Below are positions 47,507 through 57,036 of a stretch of DNA of 64,000 nucleotides, piece by piece. The notes below the pieces were generated by a model. That model ran no database searches. It saw nothing but the letters and a program-made list of their open reading frames with translations, and was not told where the DNA came from. The position numbers and the translations under genes are program-made. This DNA comes from Candidatus Omnitrophota bacterium (GTDB lineage: Bacteria; Omnitrophota; Gorgyraeia; Gygaellales; Profunditerraquicolaceae): the NCBI GenBank assembly GCA_028715415.1, contig JAQURX010000003.1:57903-121902 (forward strand), in the 5' to 3' direction. The first letter of the stretch is position 1; the number at the start of each line of letters is the position of its first letter.

Positions 47507-48584
47507 TGAATACCGTAACAAAAAATTAGCAGGCGTTCTTTCCAAAAAGATAAAAGAGATAATGCCTCTTTCAGGGATAAGGTTGATGGAGGTTTGCGGC
47601 ACGCATACTCATAATTTCTTCAGGTTCGGCCTGGATAAGATTTTGCCTCAGAGTTTAAAATTAATCTCCGGCCCCGGTTGCCCTGTTTGCGTCAGCCCGC
47701 AGGAATATATTGATAAAGCGCTGTCCCTGGTAAAGAATAAAGATGTAATCATTGCTACCTTTGGAGATATGATACGCATCCCCGGGACAAGCTCAACCCT
47801 TGAAAAAGAAAGGGCACGTTTCGGCAATGTCAGGGCAGTTTATTCTCCTTTAGACAGCCTGCAATTAGCCAAAAACAATCCGGATAAAAAAATAGTTTTC
47901 TTAGGCGTTGGTTTTGAAACTACTATCCCAACAATAGCTATCAGTATACTTTTGGCTAAAAAAGAAAAGTTAAAGAATATTTATTTTCTAAATTCATTAA
48001 AGCTTATCCCGCCCGCTTTGGATTTTCTTATGAAAGATAAATCGGTTGAGATTGATGGTTTCTTGTGCCCGGGGCATGTTTCTGCTATAATCGGAACTAA
48101 CGCTTATGAGTTTATCCCCAGAAAGTATAAAATTGGCTGTTGTATTGCCGGTTTTGAGCCTTTGGATATTTTAGAAGGAATTTATCTTCTTGTGCAGCAG
48201 AAAGTAAGAAAAAAAGCAAAAGTTTTAAACCAATATTCCCGGGTAGTAACTTCCCTGGGTAATAAGCGCGCTCTCGGTATAATAAAAAGAGTTTTTACAA
48301 TAAAAGATTCTTCCTGGCGCGGCTTAGGAATAATCCCCGGAAGCGGTTTAGAAGTCAGAAAAGAATTATCTTGTTTTGATGCGGATAAGCATTTTTCATT
48401 AAAGACTTGCATAGAGAAATCAGGGCATAAAAAAACAAGATGCAGATGCGGTGATGTACTTAAAGGGAAGATCCAGCCCGATGAGTGTAGATTGTTTAGA
48501 AGGCTTTGCACTCCGGAAAATCCTTATGGGCCATGCATGGTTAGTAACGAAGGAGCGTGTAATGCGTATTATAAATACCATTAG
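47493..48584 (+). CDS. hypD: hydrogenase maturation factor HypD
   Basis: CGTHTH, GPGCPVC and FxCPGH motifs. Confidence 0.9.
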   Translation: MKYIDEYRNKKLAGVLSKKIKEIMPLSGIRLMEVCGTHTHNFFRFGLDKILPQSLKLISGPGCPVCVSPQEYIDKALSLVKNKDVIIATFGDMIRIPGTSSTLEKERARFGNVRAVYSPLDSLQLAKNNPDKKIVFLGVGFETTIPTIAISILLAKKEKLKNIYFLNSLKLIPPALDFLMKDKSVEIDGFLCPGHVSAIIGTNAYEFIPRKYKIGCCIAGFEPLDILEGIYLLVQQKVRKKAKVLNQYSRVVTSLGNKRALGIIKRVFTIKDSSWRGLGIIPGSGLEVRKELSCFDADKHFSLKTCIEKSGHKKTRCRCGDVLKGKIQPDECRLFRRLCTPENPYGPCMVSNEGACNAYYKYH

Positions 48585-50940
48585 GCAGAGTTTGATTTTA
48601 CTTATTGTATTTTTGTTTGTTTCCGGATGCGCTCAGAAGGCAGATGATTTAGAAAAAGCACAAGATGATATTCGTAAATCAGAGGCATATTATAACTCGG
48701 CGCTGGAACAGTATAAGAAGAAAATAAACTCTAACAAGGCGCCTGATAGCCTTTATCTTGAGTTAGGAAGGGTCTATTATTCTCATGGAGATTTTGAATC
48801 AGCACTTGCCCAACTAAAAAATTCCAAAGCCCAGGAAGCAAAAAAACTTATTGCTATTTCTTATTTCAGGCTGGGGAATTTCGTGGATGCGTTGGATGTT
48901 TTTAATCGTGAGGCTATAAGTGATAACGAATATATTTATTATCAAGGTTTAACATGTGAAAAATTAAACCTTTTTGAGCAGGCTGTTAATGTTTATCGCA
49001 AGATAAACGATGGGCCGTTCGCCTCTTTGGCAAAGAAGAGGATTGATCTAATTGAAAAGCAAGCCAATCTTACCAATATTAAGGAAGTAAGCCAAAGGAT
49101 TTTTAATTTAATTAAAGAAAGCCCCGGCTTAAATGAATACCCTCAGGCAGGAGCCTTGGTTTTATTGGCAGATGAGTCAATTGAAGTGACACAGCAGAAC
49201 ACACAGGTTTCCCAGATGCATTACGCAGTAAAGATTCTAAATGAACGGGGAAAAGAGGATTATTCCGAGACCCAGATTGAGTATGATTCTACTTTTGAGA
49301 AAGTTGAATTAGAATACGCCAGGACTATTAAACCCGACGGGGTAATTACGGAAGTTGGCTCCCGCCATATCCGCGATGTGTCAAAATACCTGAACTTTCC
49401 GCTTTATAGCAATGCGCGAGTATACATTATTTCTTTTCCGGAAGTTGTTGAGGGAGCTGTCATTGAATATAAAGTAAAGATTTATCGCAACCAGTTGGTG
49501 AATAAAAAAGATTTTGTCCTCGCCTATTCTTTAAAAGCAAAAGACCCGATTATTAACGCAGCCTTTAATTTACGCATACCAAAAGAAAGAAAACTCAATA
49601 TCAAGATTCTTAATGAAAAATACAATGATTCAGGAGCTAATTTAAACCCTTTAGTAACTGAAAAGGAAGGATTTAAGATATACGACTGGAATTTTAAGAG
49701 CCTTCCGCAGATTGTTCCGGAGTCAAATATGCCGCCAGCTGTGGAGATTAATCCTGCGTTACTTTTGTCTACGTTTGAAAGCTGGGATGAATTATATAAA
49801 TGGTGGTGGTCTTTAGCAAAAGATAAGATTGTAGCCAACGATGAGATCAAATCAAAGGTTGCGGAGTTAATTAAAAACAAAACAACTCCTGAGGAAAAAA
49901 TCCGAGCAATTTATAACTACTGCGCTCAAAAGGTCCGTTATGTGGCGGTTGAATATGGGCAGGCAGGTTTCGAACCGCATAAAGCCGAGGTTTGTTTCAG
50001 GAATAAGTATGGGGATTGCAAAGATAAAGCAATACTGCTTACCACGATGTTAAAACTTGCTGATATTTCCGCAAGCCCAGTTTTAATCGCTACCAAAGAG
50101 GATTATAATTTAAATGAAGATTTTCCTTCTATGTTATTTAACCATGCCATTGCTTGCGTTTTCTTAAATGATAAAATAATTTTTATGGATCCCACTGCTG
50201 AGACCTGCGCCTTCGGCGATTTGCCGCCATCGGACCAGGAGAGAAGAGTTATAATCTTTAAGGAAGATGGTTATAAGATAATTGAAACTCCTCTTTATTC
50301 CGGTGGGCATAACCTAAATAAACAGACTCTGAATATTAAGGTTAATGTTGATGAGTCAATTTCTGCGCAAAAAGAAATATTAGCCGAAGGGGTTTACGAT
50401 CAATCCCAGCGCTACTGGTTATTGTATACCCAGCCGGAATTGATAGAGGCGACTTTAAAAGAAAAAATCCAGTCGGTTTCAATTGGTTCTAAATTATCCG
50501 GATATCAGATTAAGAATTTGGATGATTTGAATAAGCCCGTAGTATTAACTTATTCATTTTCCGGTCCGGAGTATTTTACTGAAGCAGGGCCTTTGAGGAT
50601 TATGCCCCAATTGGCAAATTTAGACACGAGCTTGGTAGCAAAAGACAGCCGTAAATATGCGATTGACTTTGATTTTCTTGATACTAAAGAAACCTATTTG
50701 GAAGTTGCATTTCCTGCCAATTATGTGATAAAATATATGCCTGAGGGAGTTGTTGAAGATAGCCCCTGGCTAAGCTTAAATGTGAGCTATAGCCAAAAGG
50801 ATAACAAGCTTTATTTTAAGCAAGTTGTTGAGTTGAAAAGAACCAAAATCTCTGTAGATGAATATCCGGATTTTAAGAAATTTTTTCAGAAGCTTGCGCT
50901 CCAAGTCAAACAGAGAATAGTGCTGGAGAGAAAGAAATAA
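48562..50940 (+). CDS. lipoprotein with N-terminal TPR repeats, DUF3857-like region and transglutaminase-like Cys-protease core
   Basis: Lipobox LFVSGC after the internal Met at 48562 (RBS AGGAG). TPR-like repeats. YGDCKDKAILLTTMLK is the transglutaminase-like Cys motif. Confidence 0.55.
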   Translation: MRIINTIRQSLILLIVFLFVSGCAQKADDLEKAQDDIRKSEAYYNSALEQYKKKINSNKAPDSLYLELGRVYYSHGDFESALAQLKNSKAQEAKKLIAISYFRLGNFVDALDVFNREAISDNEYIYYQGLTCEKLNLFEQAVNVYRKINDGPFASLAKKRIDLIEKQANLTNIKEVSQRIFNLIKESPGLNEYPQAGALVLLADESIEVTQQNTQVSQMHYAVKILNERGKEDYSETQIEYDSTFEKVELEYARTIKPDGVITEVGSRHIRDVSKYLNFPLYSNARVYIISFPEVVEGAVIEYKVKIYRNQLVNKKDFVLAYSLKAKDPIINAAFNLRIPKERKLNIKILNEKYNDSGANLNPLVTEKEGFKIYDWNFKSLPQIVPESNMPPAVEINPALLLSTFESWDELYKWWWSLAKDKIVANDEIKSKVAELIKNKTTPEEKIRAIYNYCAQKVRYVAVEYGQAGFEPHKAEVCFRNKYGDCKDKAILLTTMLKLADISASPVLIATKEDYNLNEDFPSMLFNHAIACVFLNDKIIFMDPTAETCAFGDLPPSDQERRVIIFKEDGYKIIETPLYSGGHNLNKQTLNIKVNVDESISAQKEILAEGVYDQSQRYWLLYTQPELIEATLKEKIQSVSIGSKLSGYQIKNLDDLNKPVVLTYSFSGPEYFTEAGPLRIMPQLANLDTSLVAKDSRKYAIDFDFLDTKETYLEVAFPANYVIKYMPEGVVEDSPWLSLNVSYSQKDNKLYFKQVVELKRTKISVDEYPDFKKFFQKLALQVKQRIVLERKK

Positions 50941-50942
50941 TA

Positions 50943-52901
50943 ATGCCAGAAAAACCCAATGCTGCTTCCGGAATCGAACGCCGCCAATATATTCGTCTTG
51001 ATACGGTTTTCCCTGTGCAATTCCGTCTTGAAAGCGCAGATAGAAGTAAGTTTATCTCCGGTTGGCTCCAGGGTTACACTAATAACATAAGCAAGGGCGG
51101 GATCTGTTTATCCGTAAACAATTTTGATCCCCAATGGGTTAAGCTTTTAAGGAATCGCGAAGCAAAATTATCGTTAGAAATTGAATTACCCGTTATAAAA
51201 AGGCCGGTGAATGCTCTGGCTAAAGTTGCATGGATGAGCGATGTCCCCGGAAGCCCTAATAAATATCAAATCGGCTTAAGTTATGAAGAGATAAACGCCA
51301 AGCAAAATAATAAGATTTTGCGTTATGCCCGGCTTAAGCAATTTTTTGTCCCTGTGTCATTGTCCTTGATTATTCTTTTAGGCCTCGGCTTGGCACTAAA
51401 TAGCTATGTAAGCGCGAAATTAATTAACGGCAATAAAAGCTTAGTAGAACAATTGGTAAAGATCGTCCAGGAATCCAGCGTAGCCAAACAAAAAGTAAAA
51501 ATCTTTAGCAAAGAGAGAGAAGATTTACAGACTAAGATTCAAGCCTTGGAATTACAGATTAAATCAGTTGAAGAAAAGGGTAAGCCTTCCGTCAATAGCC
51601 TTAAATTAGAAGACCTGATAAAAGTAAGAGAGACGCAGGATTTAAGCGAGCAAGTAGATAAATTGACCAAAGAAAAGAATGCATTGCTTGAACAATTGGT
51701 TTCTGTACAACATAAAGAAAATGATATTACAGAAGATCTTTTGCATCTTGATAAAAGAAAGGCAATCTTAGTGAAAGAGAACTTTGATAAAATGTATCAG
51801 TGGCTTAAAATCCATCAGAGCCTGCGCACGGGTTTAGTAGCGAGTTTTGAAGGAAGCAAAGATATCGCTAAATGGGCTTTTATTTATGACCAGTCGCTTG
51901 CCTCCCAGGCATTTACTTATTTTTCTGATTTTGCAAGGTGTAGGAAAAACCTTGACTTCTTTGCTAAGAAAGCCCAAAGAGAAAACGGATTATTCTACAA
52001 TGCTTATTATGTAAATGACGGGCTACCTGCAGAATTCACGATTCATTGCGGGCCGAATATCTGGCTGGGAGTAGCCTTTCTTCAATATACGAAAAAATCA
52101 AATGATACAAGATACCTTTCTTTGGCAGAAGAAATTGCCTCAAAGATAATTGCCCTGCAAGCGCTTGATCCGGATGGTGGTATTCGCGGAGGGCCGAACA
52201 CCCAGTGGTATTCTACGGAACATAACCTTGATGCATATGCTTTCTTTAATATGCTTTACAAGGTCACCAGTAAAGACATTTATCTTAAGGCAAGGGATAA
52301 GACGTTAAATTGGTTGGTAAAGAATACATATGATAAAGAGGATCTTCCTGTAAAACGCGGAAAAGGCGATTCTACTATCGCTACCGATACTTATGCCTGG
52401 TCTATTGCTGCAATCGGCCCTGATAAATTAATGGAAGCTGGAATGAACCCGGACAGGATTCTTGAATTTGCCGAGAAGAGTTGTTTGGTTACTGCGGATT
52501 ATACCCGTCCGAATGGGCAAAAAGTACAGATAAAAGGATTTGATTTTGCGCCTGAAAAACATTTGGCCAGAGGAGGGGTTATTTCTTCGGAATGGACAGC
52601 ACAGATGGTAATTTCTTTTAAAATAATGTCGGAATATTATTATAAAAAGTCTATGATTGCTAAGTCCCGGGCTTACGGATTAAAAGCAGACGAGTATTTG
52701 GTCGGCCTGACCAATATGATTATATCAAGCCCTTCTCCATCGGGGCAGGGGGAAGGCTGTTTGCCTTATGCAACAGAAGAATTTATTGATACCGGGCATG
52801 GTTGGATGACTCCGAGCGGGAAATATACAGGATCCGTTTCAGGGACTGCTTATACGCTTTTTGCCTATTATAATTATAATCCTCTGGAATTAAGGGAATA
52901 A
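50943..52901 (+). CDS. PilZ-domain (c-di-GMP-binding) membrane protein with coiled coil and a C-terminal (alpha/alpha)6-like domain
   Basis: RRQYIRLDTVFPVQFRL...NISKGGICL matches the PilZ RxxxR...D/NxSxGG motifs. One TM helix (LSLIILLGLGLALNSYV). Heptad-rich segment. The ~350-aa C-terminal domain has unknown function. Confidence 0.55.
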   Translation: MPEKPNAASGIERRQYIRLDTVFPVQFRLESADRSKFISGWLQGYTNNISKGGICLSVNNFDPQWVKLLRNREAKLSLEIELPVIKRPVNALAKVAWMSDVPGSPNKYQIGLSYEEINAKQNNKILRYARLKQFFVPVSLSLIILLGLGLALNSYVSAKLINGNKSLVEQLVKIVQESSVAKQKVKIFSKEREDLQTKIQALELQIKSVEEKGKPSVNSLKLEDLIKVRETQDLSEQVDKLTKEKNALLEQLVSVQHKENDITEDLLHLDKRKAILVKENFDKMYQWLKIHQSLRTGLVASFEGSKDIAKWAFIYDQSLASQAFTYFSDFARCRKNLDFFAKKAQRENGLFYNAYYVNDGLPAEFTIHCGPNIWLGVAFLQYTKKSNDTRYLSLAEEIASKIIALQALDPDGGIRGGPNTQWYSTEHNLDAYAFFNMLYKVTSKDIYLKARDKTLNWLVKNTYDKEDLPVKRGKGDSTIATDTYAWSIAAIGPDKLMEAGMNPDRILEFAEKSCLVTADYTRPNGQKVQIKGFDFAPEKHLARGGVISSEWTAQMVISFKIMSEYYYKKSMIAKSRAYGLKADEYLVGLTNMIISSPSPSGQGEGCLPYATEEFIDTGHGWMTPSGKYTGSVSGTAYTLFAYYNYNPLELRE

Positions 52902-52938
52902 GTTTTATCTCTTCGATTAATCTTAGGTTTAATACAAT

Positions 52939-53592
52939 TTGGTTTTTAAATTGAAACAGAAGCTAAATTTAATATATAAGAAATTATACTCTTGTTTTGG
53001 CGCTCAGAATTGGTGGCCTGCTGAAAGCCCGTTTGAAGTAATTATCGGGGCCATCCTTACGCAAAATACTTCTTGGCAGAATGTCTCACGGGCTATAGAA
53101 AACCTTAAAAAAGAAAAAGTTTTGACTCCGCAGGGGATTAAAAAGATCTCCGAGAAGAAATTAGCCGCCTTAATCAGGCCGTCAGGCTATTACAATATTA
53201 AGTCAAAGCGGTTAAAAAATTTCTTGATATTTTTGTTTAAAAATTATAATGGAAGCATTGAAAGAATGTCTTTGGGCAAACCTAAGGATTTGCGTAAAGC
53301 GCTGCTTGGTGTAAATGGGATCGGCCCGGAAACAGCAGATTCAATCCTTCTTTATGCTTTGGGAAAACCAGTCTTTGTTGTTGATGCCTACACAAAGAGA
53401 ATTCTCTCAAGGCATAAAATTATAGAAGAAAATGCTCCTTACCATCAGGTCCAGGATTTATTAATGAATAATTTGCACTGCGAGAAGAAGCTTTTTAATG
53501 AGTTTCACGCTTTATTAGTCAGGCTTGCAAAAGAGTATTGTCTTAAATCTAAGAGGAGGTGCAACGAATGCCCGTTGAAAGGATTAAATTAA
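52939..53592 (+). CDS. HhH-GPD superfamily DNA glycosylase (endonuclease III-like)
   Basis: LLGVNGIGPETADSILLYAL is the HhH-GPD motif. The C-terminal Cys cluster CLKSKRRCNECPL resembles the [4Fe-4S] loop. Confidence 0.65.
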   Translation: MVFKLKQKLNLIYKKLYSCFGAQNWWPAESPFEVIIGAILTQNTSWQNVSRAIENLKKEKVLTPQGIKKISEKKLAALIRPSGYYNIKSKRLKNFLIFLFKNYNGSIERMSLGKPKDLRKALLGVNGIGPETADSILLYALGKPVFVVDAYTKRILSRHKIIEENAPYHQVQDLLMNNLHCEKKLFNEFHALLVRLAKEYCLKSKRRCNECPLKGLN

Positions 53593-54275
53593 ATACAATT
53601 TTCTTCTTAAGCGCGTTGTTTGTGCTGACAATGCTTTGTTCTTCAGCCTATGCAGCTCCTTGTTACGGGACTAAGCTACCCGGGCGGAATAAATTCTTTG
53701 CTGAATTTGAGTCATACAGCCTTTTTAAAAGATATCAGGAGAATAATTTAGGAAAGCTTCGTTCTCAGCAGCAGTTTTACGGAATGTCTTATGGAGTTTT
53801 TAACTGGCTTTCTATAGATTTAAAAGCGGGCGCCGGGAATATTAAGCAACATCCCGTAGGAAGCGATGAAATAGATTACACAACCAGCTTTGCCGGAGGC
53901 TATGGTTTACGGGTTAAATTTTTAGACAAAAACAACTTTAGGTCTGTCTTAGGTTTTCAACATATAAGCGTTCATCCTAAAAGCACGCATATCGGAGATA
54001 CAAAGCATCAGGCGATTTTAGATGATTGGCAATGGTCGTTATTGGGAAGTTATAGTTTTAAAAGGATCACTCCTTACTTGGGGACAAGATGGTCTAGGGT
54101 TGATTATATCCATAAAGTTAATGGTGACAGGAAACGTGTAATGTCGGATATGACAAAGGATATTGGGTTTATTTATGGTTTTGACCTTCCGCTTACTAAT
54201 AAGATTTGGTTAAATATGGAAGGTTCAAGTTTTGATAGTGATGCACTGGCGGTAAGCATAAATTATAGTTTTTAA
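53568..54275 (+). CDS. outer-membrane beta-barrel protein
   Basis: Signal peptide ending SSAYAA. Alternating amphipathic strands. C-terminal ...SINYSF aromatic terminus. Confidence 0.45.
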   Translation: MPVERIKLNTIFFLSALFVLTMLCSSAYAAPCYGTKLPGRNKFFAEFESYSLFKRYQENNLGKLRSQQQFYGMSYGVFNWLSIDLKAGAGNIKQHPVGSDEIDYTTSFAGGYGLRVKFLDKNNFRSVLGFQHISVHPKSTHIGDTKHQAILDDWQWSLLGSYSFKRITPYLGTRWSRVDYIHKVNGDRKRVMSDMTKDIGFIYGFDLPLTNKIWLNMEGSSFDSDALAVSINYSF

Positions 54276-54278
54276 CAA

Positions 54279-55421
54279 ATGATAAATAAAACAGGCCTTA
54301 TACAACTTACTCAGCGATTAATCAGGATAAAATCCGAGAATCCCAATGGAAATGAAGTTGAGATTGCCGGGTTTGTTGAAGAATACCTTAATAACTTAGG
54401 GTTGAAAACAAATATCTGTGAGTTTGAAAGAAACCGCCCGAATATTATTTCGGTTTTAGAAAACAAAAACTCTGAACATTCTTTGCTTATCACTCCGCAT
54501 TTAGATACTGTCCCAGCGGGAAAAAATTGGACGCTTGACCCGTTTAAAGCCAAGATAAAAGATGGCCGGCTTTATGGCTTGGGGGCTACTGATTGTAAAT
54601 GTAATTTGGCGATTAGCCTTGAGGTGATAAGGAGTATTATTGAAGACAAGAGAGCCTTAAATTATAATCTGATTTTTGCCGCAACTGCGGATGAAGAAAG
54701 CGGGTCTGTTTTGGGCTTGGAGCCTCTTTTAAAGAAAAAAATCCTTAGGGCTGATGCGGCTGTTGTCCTTGATGCTGATGATTTCCATATTGTCGTTGCA
54801 CAAAAGGGCCTCATGCATCTTAAAATAAAGCTAAAAGGGAAAAAAGCCCACGGCGCTTATCCATGGTTAGGCGTAAATGCAATTGAGAAGATTGTTGATA
54901 TAGCAGATAAATTGAGAGAATACAAATTTTGTGTTACCAAAAATAAATATTTACGCGCTCCCACAATAAATTTTGGGACAATAAAAGGTGGAGATAAAGT
55001 TAATGTGGTGGCTGATTCTTGTGAATTTGAATTAGACATACGTTTCTTGCCGGGAGAGTCTTCCTCAAGGGTGCTGCGCGATATAAAGGCACTTGTAAAG
55101 AAATACAATCCGAATTTTGAGATTGAAGTTGAAGGAATCCAGGAGCCATTTATAATAAATGAAAAACATTATCTTGTTTCGCAACTCTGTTCGGCGATGC
55201 GTAGTGCCGGAATCCGGCCTGCTCTTAAAGGTTCGGAGGGAGCGACAACCATTTCTTTTTTTGATGCACAGGATATCCCTTCAATAGCTACAGGTTTTGG
55301 TTCTTTGGGTTGTGCCCATATCGCCGATGAATACGTTAAGGTTGAGAATTTATACAAAGGTGCTTTAGTTTTAAAAGAGTTTTTGCTTAATTTCAAGTTT
55401 AACAAATCTAGTGCAACTTAA
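54279..55421 (+). CDS. M20-family metallopeptidase (ArgE/DapE-like deacylase)
   Basis: HLDTVPAG, GATDCK and ADEESG match the metal-binding motifs of M20 ArgE/DapE enzymes. Confidence 0.7.
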   Translation: MINKTGLIQLTQRLIRIKSENPNGNEVEIAGFVEEYLNNLGLKTNICEFERNRPNIISVLENKNSEHSLLITPHLDTVPAGKNWTLDPFKAKIKDGRLYGLGATDCKCNLAISLEVIRSIIEDKRALNYNLIFAATADEESGSVLGLEPLLKKKILRADAAVVLDADDFHIVVAQKGLMHLKIKLKGKKAHGAYPWLGVNAIEKIVDIADKLREYKFCVTKNKYLRAPTINFGTIKGGDKVNVVADSCEFELDIRFLPGESSSRVLRDIKALVKKYNPNFEIEVEGIQEPFIINEKHYLVSQLCSAMRSAGIRPALKGSEGATTISFFDAQDIPSIATGFGSLGCAHIADEYVKVENLYKGALVLKEFLLNFKFNKSSAT

Positions 55422-55438
55422 GAGAAAGTAGAGGATTT

Positions 55439-56410
55439 ATGGAAGAGATTAAATTTAAAAAGAAGCCACGCCTTAAAAAGCCCTATATTATTACTGCCTG
55501 GCCCGGGATGGGAGAAGTTGCTTTTAAGGCAGCAAGTTATTTAATTGAAAAGTTAAAAGCAGAGGAGTTTGCATCAATTCCTTCCGAAAACTTTTTTTAT
55601 CTAACGGGCAGTGTGATTCAAAACGGAGTTTTGGATATTCCGGAGCTTCCTCAAAGCAAGTTTTATTTTTGGAAGAATAAGGCAGGGAAGAATGACCTGA
55701 TAATTTTCCTAAGCAATGCTCAGCCGGATTTGGTTAATGCCAAGGAGTATTCTAAGAAAATAGTCCAAGTTGCCAAAAGCTTTCATGCCGAAATGGTGGT
55801 TGGTTTTGCATCTATGCCTCAGGCAATTGATCACACACAGGAACCTACGGTTTGGTTTGCAGCAACGGACCCCGAATTAAGAGAGGCTTTGAAAAAATTT
55901 AACTTAAGCCTTCTTACTGAAGGCCAGATCAGCGGTATGAATGGTTTATTTTTAGGCCTTGCTAAAAAAGAAGGCTTAAAAGGCTTTTGCCTTTTAGGAG
56001 AAATACCTCTTTATACTATCCAGATCGAAAACCCTAAAGCTTCTCACGCTGTATTAAGTTCGCTTATTAAAATTTTAAATATAGAAATTGATGTAAGCGA
56101 GTTAGCTCAACAGGGCCACAATATGGAAGCGGAAATTAACAAGCTTTTGGATTATCTTAAACTTGGGACCGGAAACCAAATTGCCCCTATCGGAGAAGAG
56201 GAGATTGAGAAGATTAAGAAAACCTTAAGCCAGCTTACTAAGTTGCCTGTCTCGGTTAAAGATAGGATAGATAAGATGTTTGAAGAAGCTAAAAACGATA
56301 TTTCCAGAGCCAATGAATTAAAGCTGGAATTAGACAAATGGAATGTTTATAAAGAATATGAGGATAAATTTCTTGATCTATTCAGGAAAAAGAAAGATAA
56401 AGATAATTAA
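55439..56410 (+). CDS. PAC2-family protein
   Basis: 323 aa. The N-terminal KKPYIITAWPGMGEVAFKAASYLIEKL resembles the PAC2/COG1938 family. Confidence 0.45.
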   Translation: MEEIKFKKKPRLKKPYIITAWPGMGEVAFKAASYLIEKLKAEEFASIPSENFFYLTGSVIQNGVLDIPELPQSKFYFWKNKAGKNDLIIFLSNAQPDLVNAKEYSKKIVQVAKSFHAEMVVGFASMPQAIDHTQEPTVWFAATDPELREALKKFNLSLLTEGQISGMNGLFLGLAKKEGLKGFCLLGEIPLYTIQIENPKASHAVLSSLIKILNIEIDVSELAQQGHNMEAEINKLLDYLKLGTGNQIAPIGEEEIEKIKKTLSQLTKLPVSVKDRIDKMFEEAKNDISRANELKLELDKWNVYKEYEDKFLDLFRKKKDKDN

Positions 56411-57036
56411 TGCGTAAGCCTTCCCAAGTAAAAGCAGTCCTTTTTGACTTAGGCAATGTTCTGGTTGATTTTGACCATACGATAGCCGCTAAAAGGATTT
56501 CCTGTTTTTGCGATAAGACGCCAAAAGAGATTTTTGACCTCTTTTTTGCCTCTCAAATTACGACTAAGTTTGAGGCTGGAAAGATTTCCTCTCTTGATTT
56601 TTTTAAGGAAGTAAAGAAAAGCCTTAATGCAAACATAAGCTACGAATCATTTGTGCCTATATGGAATGAGATTTTCTTCCTTAGTTTAAAAAACAGGCAG
56701 GTCTACTCTTTGGCAAATAAGTTAAGGGATAATTATTTGGTTGCGCTTTTATCCAATATCAACGTTTTGCACTACGAGTATTTAAAAAGCAAATTCCCGG
56801 TATTTAATGTTTTCCATAACGTATTTACTTCTTGTGAGCTAGGTTTTGTCAAGCCGGATGAAGAAATTTACAGGAAAGTTATTAAAGAATTAGGAGTAGG
56901 CGCGGAAGATATCTTTTATACGGATGATAGGATTGAATTAATTGAAAGTGCAAAGAAGATAGGTTTAAGAAGCTTTGTTTTTAAAGATGTTTTTCAGCTT
57001 AGGGCCGATCTTGAGAGCCAGGGTGTAAGTATATGA
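56410..57036 (+). CDS. HAD-superfamily hydrolase
   Basis: Motif I VLFDLGNVL (DxG), motif III, and the C-terminal D-D pair (YTDDR). Confidence 0.65.
   Translation: MRKPSQVKAVLFDLGNVLVDFDHTIAAKRISCFCDKTPKEIFDLFFASQITTKFEAGKISSLDFFKEVKKSLNANISYESFVPIWNEIFFLSLKNRQVYSLANKLRDNYLVALLSNINVLHYEYLKSKFPVFNVFHNVFTSCELGFVKPDEEIYRKVIKELGVGAEDIFYTDDRIELIESAKKIGLRSFVFKDVFQLRADLESQGVSI

Noticed and set aside
48451-48561. Long N-terminal extension of the transglutaminase-like lipoprotein ORF, overlapping hypD by 134 nt
   Set aside because: The internal Met at 48562 has a good RBS (AGGAG) and is followed at once by a lipoprotein signal peptide. The upstream extension is most likely just read-through of the frame.
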